From Nanopusillaceae archaeon (GTDB lineage: Archaea; Nanobdellota; Nanobdellia; Nanobdellales; Nanobdellaceae): a DNA stretch of 9,660 nucleotides. The notes under the pieces were generated by a model that did no database searches, was not told the DNA's origin, and was given only the letters and a program-made list of their open reading frames with translations. Position numbers and translations under genes: made by a program. The stretch spans positions 1-9,660 of the forward strand of contig JBMFJL010000016.1 in assembly GCA_049973735.1 (NCBI GenBank), written 5' to 3'. Every line of letters begins with the position of its first letter. The first letter of the stretch is position 1. Of the stretch, positions 6,748 through 9,660 are shown in pieces.

Positions 6748-7845
6748 CTATTTAATTACATCTATTCCTAGATTTACATCTCTTGATACTGTACCCAATC
6801 TTCCAGCATCCCATTCTTCTTTCCACTTTGATAATATATATGGACTCTTAACTCCAGATACTATCACTGTAACTTTTACTCTTCCCTTCATTTCCTCATT
6901 AATTCTTGCACCCATTATAGTTAATGCATCATCTCCTAGGTGTTTTCTTATATATTCTACTGCCTTATTTACCTCTTCCAAAGATAAGTCTTGTCCTCCT
7001 TCTACATGTACTAAGGCTCCTGCAGCACCATTGTATTCTACATCCAACAATGGTAGTTCTAATGCCCTCTTAGCTGCTTCTACTGCCCTATTTTCTCCAT
7101 CAGCTACACCTATTCCTACAATTGATGCTCCTCCAACACCTAAAACTGTTTTTACATCTGCGAAATCTAAGTTTATGTATGAAGCTTTATCAAATGTTTC
7201 TACCAATCCTTTAATCATTTGTCCTATTAAGTTATTTGCATATCCAAATGCTTGTTGTAATGGTAAATTACCTGCATATTGCAATATCTTGTTGTTATCT
7301 ATTAATATTATATTATCTGCATATTTTCTCAATTGCATCAATCCTTCTTCTGCCTTTTCTCTTCTTACTACACCTTCAGATACAAATGGTAATGTTGCTA
7401 CTGCGACAACTAATGGTACCCCAGCTTCCTTTGCAATTTGTGCTACAACTGGTGCTCCACCAGTTCCTGTTCCACCTCCCAATCCCAATAATATCCAAAC
7501 CATGTCTGCACCTTCCAACAATTTTCTTAGATCTCCTTGAGATGCTCTTGCTGCTTCAGTTCCTTTTGCTGGAAGTCCTCCAGCTCCAAGTCCTCTGGTT
7601 ACATCTTTTCCTAATAATATCTTCTTGTGTGCTTTAACCATTTTCAAATGAGCATAATCTGTGTTCGCAGCTATTACCTCTGCCCCCTTTATGTTCATTT
7701 TGTACAACCAATCTGCCATGTTACTTCCAGCTCCACCTACCCCAATTATTTTTATCGTTGGTAGCAATTTAAATTCCTCCCCTGGGCTTACTCCTATTAT
7801 TTCTTCCTCTGCAGATACTCTTCTGTTAACATCTTCCCCAGCCAT
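6748..7845 (-). CDS. ftsZ: Cell division GTPase FtsZ (365 aa)
   Basis: It contains IKIIGVGGAGSNMADWL (T1 loop), ANTDYAHL, the tubulin signature GLGGGTGTGGAPVVAQIAKE (T4 loop), and the T7-loop region INLDFADVKTV. Confidence 0.95.
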   Translation of the reverse strand: MAGEDVNRRVSAEEEIIGVSPGEEFKLLPTIKIIGVGGAGSNMADWLYKMNIKGAEVIAANTDYAHLKMVKAHKKILLGKDVTRGLGAGGLPAKGTEAARASQGDLRKLLEGADMVWILLGLGGGTGTGGAPVVAQIAKEAGVPLVVAVATLPFVSEGVVRREKAEEGLMQLRKYADNIILIDNNKILQYAGNLPLQQAFGYANNLIGQMIKGLVETFDKASYINLDFADVKTVLGVGGASIVGIGVADGENRAVEAAKRALELPLLDVEYNGAAGALVHVEGGQDLSLEEVNKAVEYIRKHLGDDALTIMGARINEEMKGRVKVTVIVSGVKSPYILSKWKEEWDAGRLGTVSRDVNLGIDVIK

Positions 7846-7866
7846 AGTATAGTATAGAACTTTCCA

Positions 7867-7876
7867 ATATTAAAAA
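7867..7876 (-). promoter_or_regulatory. TATA-like box for ftsZ, with leaderless geometry
   Basis: The minus strand reads TTTTTAATAT at -31..-22 relative to the ftsZ ATG (7845). There is no Shine-Dalgarno-like sequence before the ATG. An alternative and better TATA (minus-strand CTTTATATAA, 7907-7916) would give a leader of roughly 40 nt. TATA-like strings are common in AT-rich DNA. Confidence 0.3.
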
Positions 7877-8016
7877 TATTATTACAAATTTACAGATTAT
7901 TAAAAATTATATAAAGTATAAAAAGAGATTTTAATATGCTTTTAACGTGATTTCAGCATTATTTTTTATCATTTAAGAAAAAATGAGAGAGAAGAAAAGT
8001 TTGTGTTAAAGGGTTA

Positions 8017-8094
8017 AAGATTATCATAAATGATTAATTTTTTATGTGATTATTAATACTATTACTACATAACAGTTTATAAGATTATCATAAA
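8017..8094. repeat. Two exact copies of the 14-nt motif AAGATTATCATAAA (8017-8030 and 8081-8094), 64 bp apart, in the ftsZ / 97-aa-ORF intergenic region
   Basis: Read directly from the sequence. The flanking bases differ on both sides of each copy. A degenerate copy CAGATTATTAAAAA (11/14) lies at 7893-7906, and a TTATCAT core at 7966-7972. GATTAT/GATTAA hexamers recur at 7895, 8019, 8032, 8048 and 8083. Confidence 0.6.
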
Positions 8095-8102
8095 ACAAAA
8101 GA

Positions 8103-8112
8103 TTTATAAATA
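8103..8112 (+). promoter_or_regulatory. TATA-like box for the 97-aa ORF, with leaderless geometry
   Basis: TTTATAAATA is centred about 26 nt upstream of ATG 8133, preceded by purine-rich ACAAAAGA in a BRE-like position. There is no Shine-Dalgarno sequence. Confidence 0.3.
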
Positions 8113-8132
8113 TTTTATTCAATGATACTATT

Positions 8133-8426
8133 ATGAAGGTAAGACTTTCGGACCACATATTAATAATACCTGGATTATTGTTTTTAGTATCTACAATACT
8201 AACAATGAATTTACTAGTAGATAAAGTCCAAAGCATGAATAACAAAATTATAGCATTTTCTGATTGTGCTCAAAACATGATGGATGCAGCTTTTCTTGGC
8301 CAAGTATATAATTTTACAGAATGTTATGCTGAAAAAATGAATAATAACTATATAAACTGCTATTATAACTCTACAAACATCATATGTCATGTAAATAATT
8401 CTATATATGTATACCCATTAAGTTAA
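8133..8426 (+). CDS. Hypothetical small membrane-anchored or secreted Cys-rich protein (97 aa)
   Basis: A basic N-terminus (MKVRLSDH) is followed by one hydrophobic helix (ILIIPGLLFLVSTILTMNLLV), then a 68-aa non-repetitive tail with 4 Cys (SDC, TEC, INC, IIC) and 3 N-x-S/T sequons (NFT, NST, NNS). The tail composition (AQNMMDAAFLGQVY...) is more protein-like than the F/I/L/Y-rich spurious ORFs in this window. A TATA-like box sits about 26 nt upstream of the ATG. I recognise no homology. Confidence 0.5.
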   Translation: MKVRLSDHILIIPGLLFLVSTILTMNLLVDKVQSMNNKIIAFSDCAQNMMDAAFLGQVYNFTECYAEKMNNNYINCYYNSTNIICHVNNSIYVYPLS

Positions 8427-8451
8427 AAACCTTTTTTCCAAGTATTTTTTT

Positions 8452-9660
8452 ATGAAATATATAAAGGTAAAAACGAAACTTAATAAAGAGTTTGAGGGGA
8501 TTCTTGTAAATGAAACATCTGACTTCATGATTATAAAATTAAAAAATGGATATAATATAGGAATAAAAAAAGAAGAAATCATTGATATTTTATTCGAAGA
8601 AAAAGAGGAAGAAAACATAAAAGTAGATCGTAAAATACCTAAAAAGAACAATAAAATATCTATTATTGCTACTGGAGGAACTATTTTATCTAGAATAGAT
8701 TATAGAACTGGAGGAGTACATATGTTAACAAGACCTGAAGATTTAATAGATTTAGTACCAGATGTTTTAGATTATGTAGAAATAAAAAATATAGAAAAAC
8801 CATTTTCTATTGCATCGGAAGATATGTTACCCAGAAATTGGATAGAAATAGCAAAATATACTATTAAATATCTAAAAGATGATGTCAATGGTATTACAAT
8901 ATTACATGGAACAGATACTATGCATTTTACCTCAGCAGCTTTATCTTTTATTATTAAAAACTTAAATAAACCAGTTAGTTTAACTGGATCTCAAAGATCC
9001 TCAGATAGACCATCTTCAGATGCTTTTTTAAATTTGCTTTCCTCGGCAATATATGATAACTCTGATATTGCAGAAGTTGCAGTAGTTATGCACGGATCAT
9101 CTTCAGATATTTTTTCATATGCGCATAGAGGAACTAAAGTTAGAAAAATGCATACAGAAAGAAGAGATGCTTTTCAATCAATAAATGATATGCCATTGGC
9201 AAAAATATATCCACTAGAAAAAAGAATAGAAATTATAAATAAAAATTATAGAACTAGAAATAATCTAGAACCATATTTAGATGATAGATTAAATGAAAAG
9301 GTTGCATTGGTCAAAGCATACCCAGGTTCTGATCCAGAAATAATAGATTTTTATGTAGACAAAGGATATAAAGGGATTGTAATCGAAGGAACAGGATTTG
9401 GACACGTACCAACAAATCCAGCAGATGAAAAATATTCATGGATAAAAAATATTAAAAGAGGTATTGAAAATGGTGTAGTATTTGTTATGACATCACAAAC
9501 AATATATGGTAGAACAAATCCTTTTGTTTATTCAAATGCGAGATTATTATATGATTTAGGAGTAATATATGCTGAAGATATGACACCAGAAACAGCATAT
9601 GTAAAGTTAATGTATGTTCTAGGACATACAGAAAATTACGAAGAAGTTAAAAAAATGTTT
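8452..9660 (+). CDS. gatD: Glutamyl-tRNA(Gln) amidotransferase subunit D (GatD), asparaginase-like. The C-terminus runs off the window.
   Basis: Manual translation from ATG 8452 (in-frame stop at 8419-8421 upstream) gives 403 open codons to nt 9660: MKYIKVKTKLNKEFEGILVNETSDFMIIKLKNGYNIGIKKEEI (GatD-specific N-terminal domain). Asparaginase motifs follow: ISIIATGGTILSRIDYRTGG, ILHGTDTMHFTSAAL, LTGSQRSSDRPSSDAF, HGS...RGTKVRKMHT.RRDAFQS and IEGTGFGHVP. It is absent from the ORF track because it is open at the window edge. Confidence 0.92.
   Translation, partial: MKYIKVKTKLNKEFEGILVNETSDFMIIKLKNGYNIGIKKEEIIDILFEEKEEENIKVDRKIPKKNNKISIIATGGTILSRIDYRTGGVHMLTRPEDLIDLVPDVLDYVEIKNIEKPFSIASEDMLPRNWIEIAKYTIKYLKDDVNGITILHGTDTMHFTSAALSFIIKNLNKPVSLTGSQRSSDRPSSDAFLNLLSSAIYDNSDIAEVAVVMHGSSSDIFSYAHRGTKVRKMHTERRDAFQSINDMPLAKIYPLEKRIEIINKNYRTRNNLEPYLDDRLNEKVALVKAYPGSDPEIIDFYVDKGYKGIVIEGTGFGHVPTNPADEKYSWIKNIKRGIENGVVFVMTSQTIYGRTNPFVYSNARLLYDLGVIYAEDMTPETAYVKLMYVLGHTENYEEVKKMF

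Noticed and set aside
6748-7845. Visibly higher G+C of ftsZ compared with its neighbours as a sign of horizontal transfer
   Set aside because: It is explained by the Gly/Ala/Val-rich, highly conserved tubulin-fold sequence (GGGTGTGGAP and similar). The same local G+C rise is seen at conserved motifs in rgy and ligase.
7031-7852. Plus-strand ORFs 7031-7540, 7236-7637 and 7661-7852
   Set aside because: All are antisense to ftsZ. Long antisense frames are expected opposite a relatively GC-rich gene, and the products are low-complexity (P/T/S/A- or L/Q-rich).
7936-7967. Possible tiny transcription unit: TATA TTATATAAAG (7907-7916), about 26 nt later an ATGCT...AGCAT hairpin (7936-7959), then T6 (7962-7967)
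   Set aside because: The stem is only 5 bp with a 14-nt loop, and everything around it is AT-rich, so TATA and T-tract matches are cheap. The TATA could equally serve ftsZ on the other strand. It is worth a look in RNA-seq data but cannot be called from sequence.
7946-8037. C/D-box sRNA on the minus strand (ATGATAA ... ATGATAA ... CTGA)
   Set aside because: Both C-like boxes read UGAUAA rather than UGAUGA. There is no D' box or terminal stem. The C'-to-D spacing is about 9 nt rather than about 12. The tract also lacks the G+C enrichment expected for structured RNAs in a hyperthermophile with an AT-rich genome.
7846-8132. Replication origin (AT-rich spacer with repeats)
   Set aside because: There are no ORB or mini-ORB-like elements (no TCCA-N-TGGAAA type cores). 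There is no adjacent orc1/cdc6 gene, and the repeats are short. It cannot be excluded without skew analysis of the whole genome.
8133-8426. The 97-aa protein as SepF (FtsZ anchor) or as a type IV pilin-like protein with a class III signal peptide
   Set aside because: SepF: the resemblance is superficial (FLGQVY, a terminal YVYP). The core is too short, the order of secondary-structure elements does not fit, and Cys and sequons point to an extracellular tail. Pilin: there is no [KR]-[GA] cleavage motif before the hydrophobic stretch (the sequence is KVRLSDH).
8042-8651. Minus-strand ORFs 8042-8245 and 8418-8651
   Set aside because: The first is antisense to the 97-aa ORF and its promoter region. 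The second is antisense to the strongly supported gatD 5' end. Both products are I/F/S/L-rich and low-complexity.

Overview
This is an AT-rich archaeal chromosomal segment, roughly 25-30% G+C by eye (not computed). It is tightly packed with 11 protein-coding genes in four strand blocks. I saw no rRNA, tRNA, CRISPR array, transposase/integrase or long repeat. Left to right: (1) a stand-alone topoisomerase half of reverse gyrase (minus strand, open at the window edge, so missing from the ORF track); (2) aEF-1beta; (3) a 57-aa Zn-ribbon protein below the ORF-track size cut-off; (4) a divergent THUMP/COG0116-like RNA methyltransferase homologue; (5) an orphan 4-TM membrane protein; (6) a nitroreductase-family protein; (7) a TrmB-family regulator; (8) ATP-dependent DNA ligase; (9) FtsZ; (10) an orphan small Cys-rich membrane-anchored protein; (11) GatD (open at the right edge). 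Reverse gyrase marks a hyperthermophile. Its split form, the extreme compaction (gaps of -1 to 41 nt) and the scrambled housekeeping gene order suggest a Nanoarchaeota-like reduced genome, but this is inference, not a database result. I did not find a convincing multi-gene novel system such as a defence island, toxin-antitoxin pair or biosynthetic cluster. The points most worth a second look are the split reverse gyrase translationally coupled to EF-1beta, the methyltransferase homologue with eroded catalytic motifs, and the only long non-coding tract (7846-8132). That tract carries phased repeats upstream of the orphan Cys-rich gene.
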